Position numbers and translations under genes: made by a program | IMG/VR virus record: IMGVR_UViG_3300030101_003968 | Location: 731 to 64,730 of that record | Reading direction: 5' to 3' (one strand) | DNA length: 64,000 nucleotides | DNA from: a virus | Lineage: Duplodnaviria; Caudoviricetes | Part shown: positions 47,838 through 57,060 of the stretch, in pieces | Position numbering within the stretch: the first letter of the stretch is position 1 | Layout: each line of letters starts with the position of its first letter | Notes under the pieces: model-generated | The model's database searches: none | Told to the model about the DNA's origin: nothing | Seen by the model: the letters and a program-made list of their open reading frames with translations, nothing else

Positions 47838-49888
47838 TATCGTTGTTGTTTTTTTTGCCCCTGTTGGCTGCAGCACAGCCCAGCTGGGTAAGAGTTGAGT
47901 TTCAGAGTGACGCCTACGGAGAGGAAAGCAGCTGGAACATATATCCAGTTGGCTCCGATGAGTCTGTGGCCTCTGGGGGCCCATACGCTGATTCAACGTA
48001 CTTCCAACAAACAATCCCGCTTCCATCTGGTGAGTACAACATGGTTGTTGACGACGCCTTTGGGGACGGGATTTGTTGTGGGTTTGGAGAAGGATGGTTC
48101 AAGCTGAACAATGACTGCGAGCTTGATATCGCTGTTTTTGACTTTGACACAGCTCAGATAACAGTTCCGTTTACCCTTACCCCGTGTGAGCTGCCAATGC
48201 CTGGTTGTATGGACGAGTCGTCCAACAACTACAACCCATGGGCCACCGTAGACAACGGAACATGTAACGTCAGCGAGTGTCCTGAGGGTCAGGCATTTGT
48301 GTCTATGGAGCTTACACTAGACAACTGGCCTAACGAAACTGGATTTACATTGGTGGACCTTGCTGTCGGTCAGTTCTACGAGCAGGTGCTTCCAGGGGGT
48401 TTTAACTTTGGAGATCAATTAGCCACCTACACTTACGACTTCTGCGTTGCACTTGGCTTCGAGCTTATTCTGACAGACACATACGGAGACGGTCTCAATG
48501 GTTCTGCAAGCGGAGGTCAAGATGGAGGAGTGGTCATCACTGCATGCGACGAAGAGGTTGTCTGGGAGCTGGAAGATCTATCCTACTCAGACAACGACGG
48601 AAACGTTCACTACTCAGGTGCCGTGTTTGTAGAGCCGTGCGCCATCGAAGAGCCCGTAGTGGGCTGCATGGACGACGATTACGTTGACTACAACCCAGAA
48701 GCTACAGAAGCAGGGGACTGCCTCACCCTACACAACTGGGGGTGCATGGACCCAGGATCATTTAATTACGACTCAACCGCCACAATTTCAGACCTCAACA
48801 GCCCGTGCGTCACGACCATAAGAATCGGTGATGCAGCAGGAGATGGATGGGGCAATTCACACATAGGTGTAAAGCAGGGGGACCTGCAGTGGATCTTTAC
48901 CATGGGGCCTGGAGAGTTTTCTCAGTCCTGGGACCTGATCCTTGACTCAGACGAAAAGGTAGACGTGTACTACTTTGAGGTTGGAGGACCACAGCAACCG
49001 CCTCAAGAGACTGAGTTTCAAACACTTCACAACTCCATCCTTGTTACAAACGAGCTTGGAGACACGCTGATGGTGGAGGGTCTTAACCCGTTCTTTGACA
49101 ATGGTCAGGGGGCGCTTCAGCCTTTCAAGAACCCAGAGTGGAACGTATACAGCTTTATGCCCTACTGCGGTACAAGCTGCATTCCGTTTATGTACGGATG
49201 CACTGACGACACCGCACAGAACTACGATGACGAAGCTAATACAGAGGATGGGAGCTGTTACTACAATGCTGGATGCACGCAGGCTGGATACGTCGAGTAC
49301 TACAATCAGGGATACGAAGCGGACTATGACGACGGCAGCTGCGAGACGCTCGCTGTATTTGGGTGCATGGACTCCGAAGCCCTTAACTACGATTCAGAAG
49401 CAAACGTAGATACGGGAGACTGCATTGAAGTTGTACTTGACTGCATGGACCCTAACGCATTTAATTACAATGAGTTAGCTAACGTTTCTAATGAAGAAGC
49501 ATGCCTGTATGATGCGGGCTGCATTACAGGTCCAGGACAACCATATTGGGCCAACGACTACTGCTACTCGTGGGTGATCGAGGTTGACCCATACTGCTGC
49601 GAAACAGCGTGGGATGCGGTGTGTGCAGAGATGTACAACTACTGTGGCGCTGGAGTGACGTCAGTGGAAATGGCTGTAAGGTCATTGCTTCAATTTTTTC
49701 CAAATCCAACATCAGGGTTGGTAAACATTCAGGCACCCGTGGGCACTCTAATAACCTTGTTTGACGCAAGGGGTAGGGTTGTTGAAACAACCACAGGCAA
49801 CACAGTTGAGCTGCCATCTCCAGGACCGTATGTAATCATGGCCAACTACAAGGGTAGAATCAAGAGAGAAACAATCGTAAGACAATGA
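47825..49888 (+). CDS. secreted Cys-rich repeat protein with T9SS type A C-terminal sorting domain
   Basis: Signal peptide ending LLAAA|Q; multiple GC[MT]D...NY repeats; D..GDG domains; C-terminal FFPNPTSGLVNI...LFDARGR...GPYVI. Confidence 0.8.
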   Translation: MQRIISLLFFLPLLAAAQPSWVRVEFQSDAYGEESSWNIYPVGSDESVASGGPYADSTYFQQTIPLPSGEYNMVVDDAFGDGICCGFGEGWFKLNNDCELDIAVFDFDTAQITVPFTLTPCELPMPGCMDESSNNYNPWATVDNGTCNVSECPEGQAFVSMELTLDNWPNETGFTLVDLAVGQFYEQVLPGGFNFGDQLATYTYDFCVALGFELILTDTYGDGLNGSASGGQDGGVVITACDEEVVWELEDLSYSDNDGNVHYSGAVFVEPCAIEEPVVGCMDDDYVDYNPEATEAGDCLTLHNWGCMDPGSFNYDSTATISDLNSPCVTTIRIGDAAGDGWGNSHIGVKQGDLQWIFTMGPGEFSQSWDLILDSDEKVDVYYFEVGGPQQPPQETEFQTLHNSILVTNELGDTLMVEGLNPFFDNGQGALQPFKNPEWNVYSFMPYCGTSCIPFMYGCTDDTAQNYDDEANTEDGSCYYNAGCTQAGYVEYYNQGYEADYDDGSCETLAVFGCMDSEALNYDSEANVDTGDCIEVVLDCMDPNAFNYNELANVSNEEACLYDAGCITGPGQPYWANDYCYSWVIEVDPYCCETAWDAVCAEMYNYCGAGVTSVEMAVRSLLQFFPNPTSGLVNIQAPVGTLITLFDARGRVVETTTGNTVELPSPGPYVIMANYKGRIKRETIVRQ

Positions 49889-50931
49889 AGAAACTTGTAG
49901 CCATCGCCTTTATGCTTTTGCCCTTGCTCGCGCTTGGGCAAAGTGACTTTTACAAGAATGTGTTGAGAAGAGCTACGTTCTACGCAGCCGTGAACGGAGG
50001 CAACTCCGTATCAGATCAGGATGTGTTTTCTGTGGCGACAGGACCGCTTACTACAGACATTGTTGAGACGCCGTTTGACTATTCTCTGACTATTGGAGTT
50101 AGAAAGATAGCAAGGTTTGGATATGAGAACAGAGCCAACATCTTTTACGACGGAACAGAAAAGACATACGGTGACGCAGCAACGGTAGGTAAGTACGATG
50201 GCTTTGAGTTCTTGGCCGAGGCTGACTGGAGAAGGCAGCAGGGCAAGAACTTTCTCGATCAAGACTACTTTGCTAGGTACGTAGCTGACAGCTGGGTTGT
50301 GAAGGCAGAATACCTGCAAGACGGCTTTGCTGACGTTAGATACTTTGAGGCCTCAGAGCGGGGAAGATTGAAGATCGGTAAGAAGCTTTCTCTGAACGCA
50401 GGTGTTGTGCAGAGAATATCTGAGCCCTACGGGTACGACCCGCTTCAGCAATGGCTTCTGGACAACAATCAGATACACTACACCGCTTTGGCTTTGGAGC
50501 AGGGGTATAGCGTGGATGTAAACACAGGAGAGTTCTTCTCTCCAGACGGCACCATGGTTGCAAACGACCAAGCGGTATGGGAGCAAGTGGTCATCCCACA
50601 AGTTCTAGATGAGTATGTATCTAAGAAAAGATCTGAGCTTGAAAGCCAGTGGCTGTACTCAGCGGTTATTGGATTTGACTTCTACCACTACGAAAAAAAC
50701 TTTTGGTTGCACTCCTGGGGCAATGTAATGCCCTATCACCTTGACACAGGCGACGAGTACTCGTATCACAACTTCGTGAACAGCAGCCAGTGGGTTGACC
50801 TGGGCTTTGGCCTGGTGTTTGGAACCAAGCTTACAAAGAGCCTCGGCGTGTTTGCTGAGGGCAAATACAACAGATACTGGAACAGAGAGTGGCACGATTT
50901 CTCTGTAGGACTCAACTACATACTACTGTAA
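49885..50931 (+). CDS. putative outer-membrane beta-barrel protein
   Basis: Signal peptide ending LALG|Q; alternating aromatic strands; C-terminal FSVGLNYILL. Confidence 0.65.
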   Translation: MKKLVAIAFMLLPLLALGQSDFYKNVLRRATFYAAVNGGNSVSDQDVFSVATGPLTTDIVETPFDYSLTIGVRKIARFGYENRANIFYDGTEKTYGDAATVGKYDGFEFLAEADWRRQQGKNFLDQDYFARYVADSWVVKAEYLQDGFADVRYFEASERGRLKIGKKLSLNAGVVQRISEPYGYDPLQQWLLDNNQIHYTALALEQGYSVDVNTGEFFSPDGTMVANDQAVWEQVVIPQVLDEYVSKKRSELESQWLYSAVIGFDFYHYEKNFWLHSWGNVMPYHLDTGDEYSYHNFVNSSQWVDLGFGLVFGTKLTKSLGVFAEGKYNRYWNREWHDFSVGLNYILL

Positions 50932-51215
50932 TGGCACAACAAATTGGAGAAGATACTAAGGTAACGCTGGATCTCAAGACGCTTGGGATGGTGGCAGCAG
51001 GGATAGGCACAGTTGTGGCTATGTGGTTTGCGTTGCAAGCGGACATCGCAGAAGCAAAAGAATTGCCGCTTCCTGCTGAACCAGAGATTACGCGCATGGA
51101 GTTCGACATGAAAGACCAGCTAGTTCGTCAAACGATTATGACTACTCAAGAAGATGTAACTGAAATCAAGCAAGATATCAAGCGCATTGAAGAGAAAATA
51201 GATCAACTAAAATGA
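50931..51215 (+). CDS. single-TM coiled-coil protein (MAQQIGEDTKVTLDLK...)
   Basis: TAATG overlap with upstream gene; TM segment followed by coil. Confidence 0.7.
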   Translation: MAQQIGEDTKVTLDLKTLGMVAAGIGTVVAMWFALQADIAEAKELPLPAEPEITRMEFDMKDQLVRQTIMTTQEDVTEIKQDIKRIEEKIDQLK

Positions 51216-51218
51216 CAC

Positions 51219-51584
51219 ATGAAACTCATATCAACCCTATATGTCTGCTGTGCATTGTTACTGGCGGCAGCTTTTGTAACGCCTGCAGAGGATAAAGAAC
51301 TGTGCGGATCAGGAATCTGCGTGGTAGAGTTCAACGCAAGTTTTAACTCACAAAACAGTGTCCCATGGATCGAGAAACTTGACGACTGCGAAACTGCCCG
51401 TGTGGACATCGCTACTGCTCCAGAGCTTCAGAAGAAGCACAAGATTGTTGTCGTCCCGACCATTGTTGTTTTCAAAGAGGGAGAGGAGCAGGAGAGGTTT
51501 CAAGCGAACATCATGATGACGATGGATGCGACCATTGAAGAAGTTCAAGAGGCCGTAGACGACATCATGCTAAACGACTTTTAA
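51219..51584 (+). CDS. exported thioredoxin-fold protein lacking CxxC
   Basis: Signal peptide; VVEFNASFN...VDI...PEL..K..I.VVPTIVVF..G.E.ERF. Confidence 0.7.
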   Translation: MKLISTLYVCCALLLAAAFVTPAEDKELCGSGICVVEFNASFNSQNSVPWIEKLDDCETARVDIATAPELQKKHKIVVVPTIVVFKEGEEQERFQANIMMTMDATIEEVQEAVDDIMLNDF

Positions 51585-51823
51585 ACCCACGTCACTTTGA
51601 TCGTGAGGGCCATGTCCTTTAAGTCGTAGAACTCCGACCTTACCATCTGCTCAATGATTGGGTACAGGTAAACGTGAGCCACTTCTTCCTCGCTTGTCTC
51701 TGTAAATATGCGCTGAAAGCCGTTTTCGTTTATTCCCGCGTCAACGTGGATGAACTTAAAGTCCTTTGACACTACGGCTTTTACTATCTGGTGATACTGC
51801 TTTTCGGGGCGATAATCATCCAT
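51581..51823 (-). CDS. hypothetical protein
   Basis: 80-aa ORF convergent with the thioredoxin-like gene. Confidence 0.55.
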   Translation of the reverse strand: MDDYRPEKQYHQIVKAVVSKDFKFIHVDAGINENGFQRIFTETSEEEVAHVYLYPIIEQMVRSEFYDLKDMALTIKVTWV

Positions 51824-51825
51824 GC

Positions 51826-51987
51826 TTAGACTATTGGAGGCTGTTGAGACAGCATTTCTAAAAAGTCAACCATGTCAATGATGCCGTTGCCGTTAAAGTC
51901 CAGCGCAGCTGCTTGACTCCCAGGAGCGGGACATGAACCATACGCCTGAAGAAGGAGAAGAAAATCCATTATGTAAGTTGACCACAT
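51826..51987 (-). CDS. 53-aa dockerin/EF-hand-like peptide
   Basis: Read manually: MWSTYIMDFLLLLQAYGSCPAPGSQAAALDFNGNGIIDMVDFLEMLSQQPPIV. Confidence 0.6.
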   Translation of the reverse strand: MWSTYIMDFLLLLQAYGSCPAPGSQAAALDFNGNGIIDMVDFLEMLSQQPPIV

Positions 51988-52017
51988 ACCTTTGGTACGT
52001 TATCTAATTACAAATGG

Positions 52018-52278
52018 TTACGGGTTGGCTACTTGCACTCTAAGCACAAAAACTCCAGGCGTATCGGTGTCCATAAGGGTGTATTGCATGCCCATGTAAT
52101 CGTAGTAAGTCATACCGATTAAAAGCTCGTGCTGAAAGTGCTTAACTGGATGACTACCATCCCAAATCGTGGGGATAATTAGATCGCAGTTGTAGCGCTC
52201 TGGGTGAATGTAGAGGTTCTTGGGGGCTGTGCTGCATCCAGCAGCAAGCAGCGCCAACATTGCTAGTGTTGTTCTCAT
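52018..52278 (-). CDS. putative lipoprotein
   Basis: MRTTLAMLALLAAG|C lipobox. Confidence 0.65.
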   Translation of the reverse strand: MRTTLAMLALLAAGCSTAPKNLYIHPERYNCDLIIPTIWDGSHPVKHFQHELLIGMTYYDYMGMQYTLMDTDTPGVFVLRVQVANP

Positions 52279-52389
52279 GAGGCTAAACTACCTCGACCCC
52301 AATCAACAACCAAGAGAAACCTGTATAATGATGATTATGTTGCAATAATCACAAGCTCAATATGTCTTATATTTGTAAAAAACACAAAG

Positions 52390-52776
52390 ATGCCAGGGCA
52401 TTACAAAAAAAATGTATTTCCCTTGTTTATGGACGACAGGGAGCCAGTTCAGGTCATTGACTCTGCTGGTACAGACAAAGAATGGAACAAGAGAACAAGC
52501 AGGGTTCTCATCAACCCTTCCCCAGCAGGAGCTGTAAAGATCAAGCTCGGCAAGCCAGAGACTCCTGGGATCATGGTCGAGGTCGGTAAGGACACTGGAA
52601 ACTTCTCTTGCATCGTAGTCCTTGGGGATTCTACTGATCCATACGGACCATTTAACAATGACGCTGACTTCAGAGAGGTCCAGCTTCAGTACGCGGGAAG
52701 CACTGAAGCCTCTGTGTTCACATGCTTCTGGAACGGAGAGAACTGGGTTCCGATTGGCTTAACTGCAACTGTGTAA
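52390..52776 (+). CDS. hypothetical protein, paralog of 22423..22791
   Basis: KKNVFP N-terminus, FWNGENW C-terminus; TATATTTG box at 52368-52375. Confidence 0.65.
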   Translation: MPGHYKKNVFPLFMDDREPVQVIDSAGTDKEWNKRTSRVLINPSPAGAVKIKLGKPETPGIMVEVGKDTGNFSCIVVLGDSTDPYGPFNNDADFREVQLQYAGSTEASVFTCFWNGENWVPIGLTATV

Positions 52777-52779
52777 GTT

Positions 52780-53358
52780 ATGGCTAAGAAAAACGTATTT
52801 CCATTTGTCGAGTCTGGACTCAAGGTCGTAGACAACGACGTCATCACTGGCCTAGGACCTGCGTCGGATATTGTTTTAGCCGCTTTCAATGCCAACGAAG
52901 ACAAAAATGTTGAGTGGTTTATTAGCTCAGACGGCAAAGAGGGGGCTGCACAGATGTACCCAGACAAAAAAGATCATGAGATTCTTTTTGACTTTAATCA
53001 GATTCCCAGTGATGTCTACTCAGAAATCGATATAACGATCGGTGACAAGATTCTGCAAATCTTCCATGGTAGCAACCGCGCGGATGGGGATAGTGGTGAG
53101 ATTGATGTTGACGCTAAACTTATCCCAGGATCTATTTTTTGTATAGGAGTAAAAAATAAAAAAGCAGGCTATTTAATTAGGAATTTCCTTCTTTATTCTG
53201 AAACCATACCTCCAAACTTGGACGACCTTCAATACCCGTTTCGTTCTAGAAACCTTATTCCAGGCCTTAACAATGGAGTTATAGATGTTGGAAACTGGCT
53301 TACTTATATGTTTGACGGCAAAAGACTTGTCTTTTTAGGTTCTAACAACTGGGTTTAA
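52780..53358 (+). CDS. hypothetical protein (KKNVFP family)
   Basis: Shares KKNVFP N-terminus; C-terminal YMFDGKRL. Confidence 0.65.
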   Translation: MAKKNVFPFVESGLKVVDNDVITGLGPASDIVLAAFNANEDKNVEWFISSDGKEGAAQMYPDKKDHEILFDFNQIPSDVYSEIDITIGDKILQIFHGSNRADGDSGEIDVDAKLIPGSIFCIGVKNKKAGYLIRNFLLYSETIPPNLDDLQYPFRSRNLIPGLNNGVIDVGNWLTYMFDGKRLVFLGSNNWV

Positions 53359-53561
53359 TCGCTCTGCTTCTTAATGATCCCAAACCACTCAGGATCAATG
53401 TCCTCTATAGGCTTGATGAACTTTTCGTTGCAGTAGTCGTTGATTTCTTTCTGCTGCTCAGCAGTATTTGTAACGCATACGTTTGCTGCCTGATACTTAG
53501 CGTTTGCCTCTAAAAGTCTGTCGATATTCATCTTGATCTTTTTGTGTCTGTTTATTCTCAT
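53355..53561 (-). CDS. hypothetical protein
   Basis: 68-aa ORF ending the - strand block. Confidence 0.6.
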   Translation of the reverse strand: MRINRHKKIKMNIDRLLEANAKYQAANVCVTNTAEQQKEINDYCNEKFIKPIEDIDPEWFGIIKKQSD

Positions 53562-53577
53562 GGACCGATAAAGATAC

Positions 53578-54081
53578 TCAATATCTTTGATCGTATTCCC
53601 AGACTCGGTAAGACATTAACCCCTTGAGATCGTGTAACTTAAGGATAGAGATGACATCTTCGCGTCCCTTTCGGGTGTACTTTCTTAGGTACGCATTCTT
53701 CTTGTCTGTCACTTTTTCGTCACGTACATGCTTCTCACAAAAAAAGGCGAGTTCATCTCGATCTACGATCGCGAACCCACCTTCTTCAGGCATATCAAAA
53801 GCAATAATGGTTGCACCCCCATAGAGCCAACCATCATTTCCTCTTACATTCTTAAATTCTACCCAAACCTCATCAGGAAGGTTGTTGCCCTTCACATCTA
53901 CACCCCAGTGCTTGCCGTCATGATTCATGGCAAGCCAGTAATCCACATGATCGTGGATGTCTTGTTTGGCCGTCGCCTTGGTTACGAGCAAGCCCTTGTT
54001 TCTTGCTGCCCTGACAAATCTAACCTCAGCCATGCGTCCTGTAGCATTGCTGTATGCTCTTCGCTTAGGACTCGTGCTCAT
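53578..54081 (-). CDS. PD-(D/E)XK-family nuclease-like protein
   Basis: G..AE..F...HVDYW...VDVKG...WVEFKNV.G..GWLYG. Confidence 0.6.
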   Translation of the reverse strand: MSTSPKRRAYSNATGRMAEVRFVRAARNKGLLVTKATAKQDIHDHVDYWLAMNHDGKHWGVDVKGNNLPDEVWVEFKNVRGNDGWLYGGATIIAFDMPEEGGFAIVDRDELAFFCEKHVRDEKVTDKKNAYLRKYTRKGREDVISILKLHDLKGLMSYRVWEYDQRY

Positions 54082-54274
54082 CTACGGCACTTCTTATAAG
54101 GTCTATCTCGTGCCAGATTAGCGTCTTTACATCACCCAATGCCTTTTCCACCTCGTCAGACGTTTCTACTGGCCCTCCAAACTCGTCATGAACCGCTTCA
54201 TACAGATCGTCTACGATTTGATGGATGCGGTCACATGCCAGGTAGTAGTAGGAGCTCAGTTTAGATTTCTCCAT
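54065..54274 (-). CDS. hypothetical protein
   Basis: 69-aa ORF, coupled overlaps. Confidence 0.55.
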   Translation of the reverse strand: MEKSKLSSYYYLACDRIHQIVDDLYEAVHDEFGGPVETSDEVEKALGDVKTLIWHEIDLIRSAVDEHES

Positions 54275-54722
54275 CTTTGATTGATTTTAGGATTTCCTGA
54301 ATAGCATGATCTACTTGACCGCTGTTCTTGGCTAAAAATACAATCGTTTTTGCCTGATTTCCAACTAAATGGCGCAAAAAAAGCTTCCACCTCATTGGAA
54401 AGTCATGATGAGACGGTAGATATCCCTTTGTTTCTATAATCCAATCGTGGTCTCTGCCCACAAAGTCAGGCTTGTAAGTGATAGGGAGGACGACAGATCC
54501 AGATCGGTCTGTCATCTCCTTACCTTTTGCAGTCATCTTGAAATACTTGTTGGGGAACCTGAATCGGTCCATCAACTCGAACTGATGTTCCTCATAGTCG
54601 AAAGCTAACCCGTATTCTTTTAACTGATCCGCGCAGTACTTCTCAAGACTGCTTGCGTAACGGCCTAGCTGTTTTTTTCGGGAAGAACGACGTTTGGTTG
54701 TCCGTGCCTTTTGTTTCTTCAC
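54261..54722 (-). CDS. T7 endonuclease I-like resolvase
   Basis: YASSLE...FDYEE...TYKPDF...IIETKG. Confidence 0.75.
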   Translation of the reverse strand: MKKQKARTTKRRSSRKKQLGRYASSLEKYCADQLKEYGLAFDYEEHQFELMDRFRFPNKYFKMTAKGKEMTDRSGSVVLPITYKPDFVGRDHDWIIETKGYLPSHHDFPMRWKLFLRHLVGNQAKTIVFLAKNSGQVDHAIQEILKSIKDGEI

Positions 54723-54754
54723 GAAGGCGAAGTTACACCTGCCGACTTACAATG

Positions 54755-56551
54755 TCAACCTAAAAAGCTTATGTTCATAGGCATCTGTGTGGGTTCGCTT
54801 ATCGTAATGGGCTGAAACAGAGGCTTTTTAGACAGCCAGCCTGTGAATCCAGTGTGGGAAAGATTCATCACCACCTTGTATGGATCGTCCAAAGGAGTGG
54901 GTTGACCGCCTGTCTCTACCTCGCGAACCTTGCGAACGTGTAACTCGCTGAGCTTACGAATGCTAGGGTCTTGCGATTGAACCTTTCGGTGAATAGTAAG
55001 AAAGCAATCCGCTCTGTTTACGAACTTTCCGCCACCCTCTGTGTCTTCAGCGTAGGGGGCGACAGGAAGACCGTCTTCACCCTTACGTCGTTGTGCCTCG
55101 GTCACAGCGTGCATGTTGAGCCATACGGCTACGTCATGTGTCTTGCTGAACGTGAGAAACTCTGAAGCAGCTTCGTAGTGGTAGTCATGGGTCTGGAGAC
55201 CGCTTCCCTTCATATCTAGCTTCAGGCTGTTGTAGGGGTCTACAAAGATCGCATCGCATGGCTGTTGGCGCATGACCTTTTCCATGAAGAGGATGATATC
55301 GCTGTAGCTGTACACCTGATTGTTGCTGATGATAGTGAAGTGCTCGTTGACCCACTTGTATGCCTGCTTGCGATCGTTGTAGTTCATGTCGCCCACCTTG
55401 CGGTTGACTGCGAACTGCATTAGGGACATCTTCACGGATGCGGTGCGGTTCTCTGATGAGTAGATAATCCACTTCCAACCATGACGGATGGCTGAGTTCG
55501 CAATCATGTACAGAGCTGTAGTCGTCTTGCCTACATTGCTGTGCCCGTTGATAATGACAAACTCCTTCTTGTATCGGAAGTACTCGTCAAGCATGGGGTC
55601 GCCAGTGTCCAAGCCGATTGGAATCATGCCTTGAGCGTAGTCGTCAATCCATCTCCAGTCCTCGTCGTCAGACGAAATAAAGGACATGTCGCCATCGTTG
55701 AGTAGCATCTCGCGTTGCGCGGTCTTCTCCTCGTCGATGATCTCCCTGATGGGCATCTTCTTGCCCAACTCAATACCATCTAGGATGGTGTTCATGGCAT
55801 GCGACTCTGACTCAACGTCACGCTTGCAAATCTCGCGGTGCAGGATGCGAACAACCTCGTCCTGCTCCATCTTTCCAGCGGCCACGTAACCACCACACAG
55901 TCGCGCTGCACGTACAAGTGTGCTGTGCTTCTCACCATCGGCTGCATTGCGGATCATACGCGCAGCCAAGTTGAGCTTCATGTAGTCGGTGTAGTCGTAG
56001 GCTTCGTTGGTTGGTGTCTGCGCCTCGGCAAACTCCGTTGCAAAGTGACCAAACTTCTGACAGTCATTTTTGATGATGATGTCGGGGTCGTAGGACTCAA
56101 AGCAAGCCCGTGACTCATTGATACCCGACTCGTCTAGTTCAAGTCCGTGTGTTCTTTCGAAGTACTTGATGAGCGCACGGAAGTGGTCCCTGTGACGCTC
56201 GGGGTTCGTAATCTTGACCAACGCCTTGACGCCGTTTCCGCTAGGCGAAGTCCAGCATGAATGAATGAAATCATCCGTGGCAAGGGACGTCTTGGTCGCG
56301 TCAACGTCAACGTGGTCAAAGTCCAGAACAACAAGTCCCGAATGCTCGAAGAGCGCGTCATCGGAACGCGACGAAAACTCCCCGCTGAAACAGACAACGG
56401 GGAGCTCCTTCTTTTTCTCTTTGTCGCCATCTCTGACCTCAGATACTAGCGTACTGGACTTCCCACTCTGAATCCTCTCCAACGCTTGTTGTAGTGGGAT
56501 GTAGTGTGGTGTTGTCTTGTCGAAGACGTTTTTGAATATCGTTACTTGCAT
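54755..56551 (-). CDS. primase-helicase (BT4734/VirE-N-like primase + SF4 helicase)
   Basis: K..LP..CFSG.F...HSGL..LDFD...SPSGNGVK; Walker A GHSNVGKT; FVDPYN; GG.F.NRAD. Confidence 0.85.
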   Translation of the reverse strand: MQVTIFKNVFDKTTPHYIPLQQALERIQSGKSSTLVSEVRDGDKEKKKELPVVCFSGEFSSRSDDALFEHSGLVVLDFDHVDVDATKTSLATDDFIHSCWTSPSGNGVKALVKITNPERHRDHFRALIKYFERTHGLELDESGINESRACFESYDPDIIIKNDCQKFGHFATEFAEAQTPTNEAYDYTDYMKLNLAARMIRNAADGEKHSTLVRAARLCGGYVAAGKMEQDEVVRILHREICKRDVESESHAMNTILDGIELGKKMPIREIIDEEKTAQREMLLNDGDMSFISSDDEDWRWIDDYAQGMIPIGLDTGDPMLDEYFRYKKEFVIINGHSNVGKTTTALYMIANSAIRHGWKWIIYSSENRTASVKMSLMQFAVNRKVGDMNYNDRKQAYKWVNEHFTIISNNQVYSYSDIILFMEKVMRQQPCDAIFVDPYNSLKLDMKGSGLQTHDYHYEAASEFLTFSKTHDVAVWLNMHAVTEAQRRKGEDGLPVAPYAEDTEGGGKFVNRADCFLTIHRKVQSQDPSIRKLSELHVRKVREVETGGQPTPLDDPYKVVMNLSHTGFTGWLSKKPLFQPITISEPTQMPMNISFLG

Positions 56552-56804
56552 TGTCTTGGGCGATCATTAAAAGTATTAGGTATCCTGCTAGGTCTTGCAG
56601 GGTGTCTTCTGTGTCATCTATTGGGCCTGCGTTCATTATGCGCTTAAGCTTGTCGTCTATACGCGCCTTGATGCTGGCAACAGCATTGCACTTGGAGAAT
56701 ATGTTAATCGGTTCAAGCGAGGCATCGCCATACTTGTCGTTCTTCTCAAGCAGCAGGGCTTCCAACTTTTTACACTTCGATTTTATTTTGCTTTTTGTGT
56801 TCAT
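56439..56804 (-). CDS. DUF1599-like (nucleotide-modification-associated) protein
   Basis: KN.KYGD...RIDDKL.RI...DTL.DLAGYLIL. Confidence 0.7.
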   Translation of the reverse strand: MNTKSKIKSKCKKLEALLLEKNDKYGDASLEPINIFSKCNAVASIKARIDDKLKRIMNAGPIDDTEDTLQDLAGYLILLMIAQDNASNDIQKRLRQDNTTLHPTTTSVGEDSEWEVQYASI

Positions 56805-57060
56805 CTAACGAGAGTGTTGAGTGTGATATAAACTTCTTGTCTATGATTTCCCTAATGATGATTTGCCTTTCAGACTTGGAGTTTTTGCCGTACAGCTCTG
56901 TCTGTAATCGTGACATTGTTTTGTAATCGTACTGGCGTATGTCGTTAGGATCGTCAAAGACGGATACTATCCACACGACACGCTCGTGTACAACCTTCCG
57001 TTTCTTGAAGGCGACACGAGCGGTCATGAAGTAGATAGGAGCCTTAGAAGGGGAGGTCAT
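56770..57060 (-). CDS. hypothetical protein
   Basis: 96-aa ORF, coupled overlaps. Confidence 0.55.
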   Translation of the reverse strand: MTSPSKAPIYFMTARVAFKKRKVVHERVVWIVSVFDDPNDIRQYDYKTMSRLQTELYGKNSKSERQIIIREIIDKKFISHSTLSLDEHKKQNKIEV

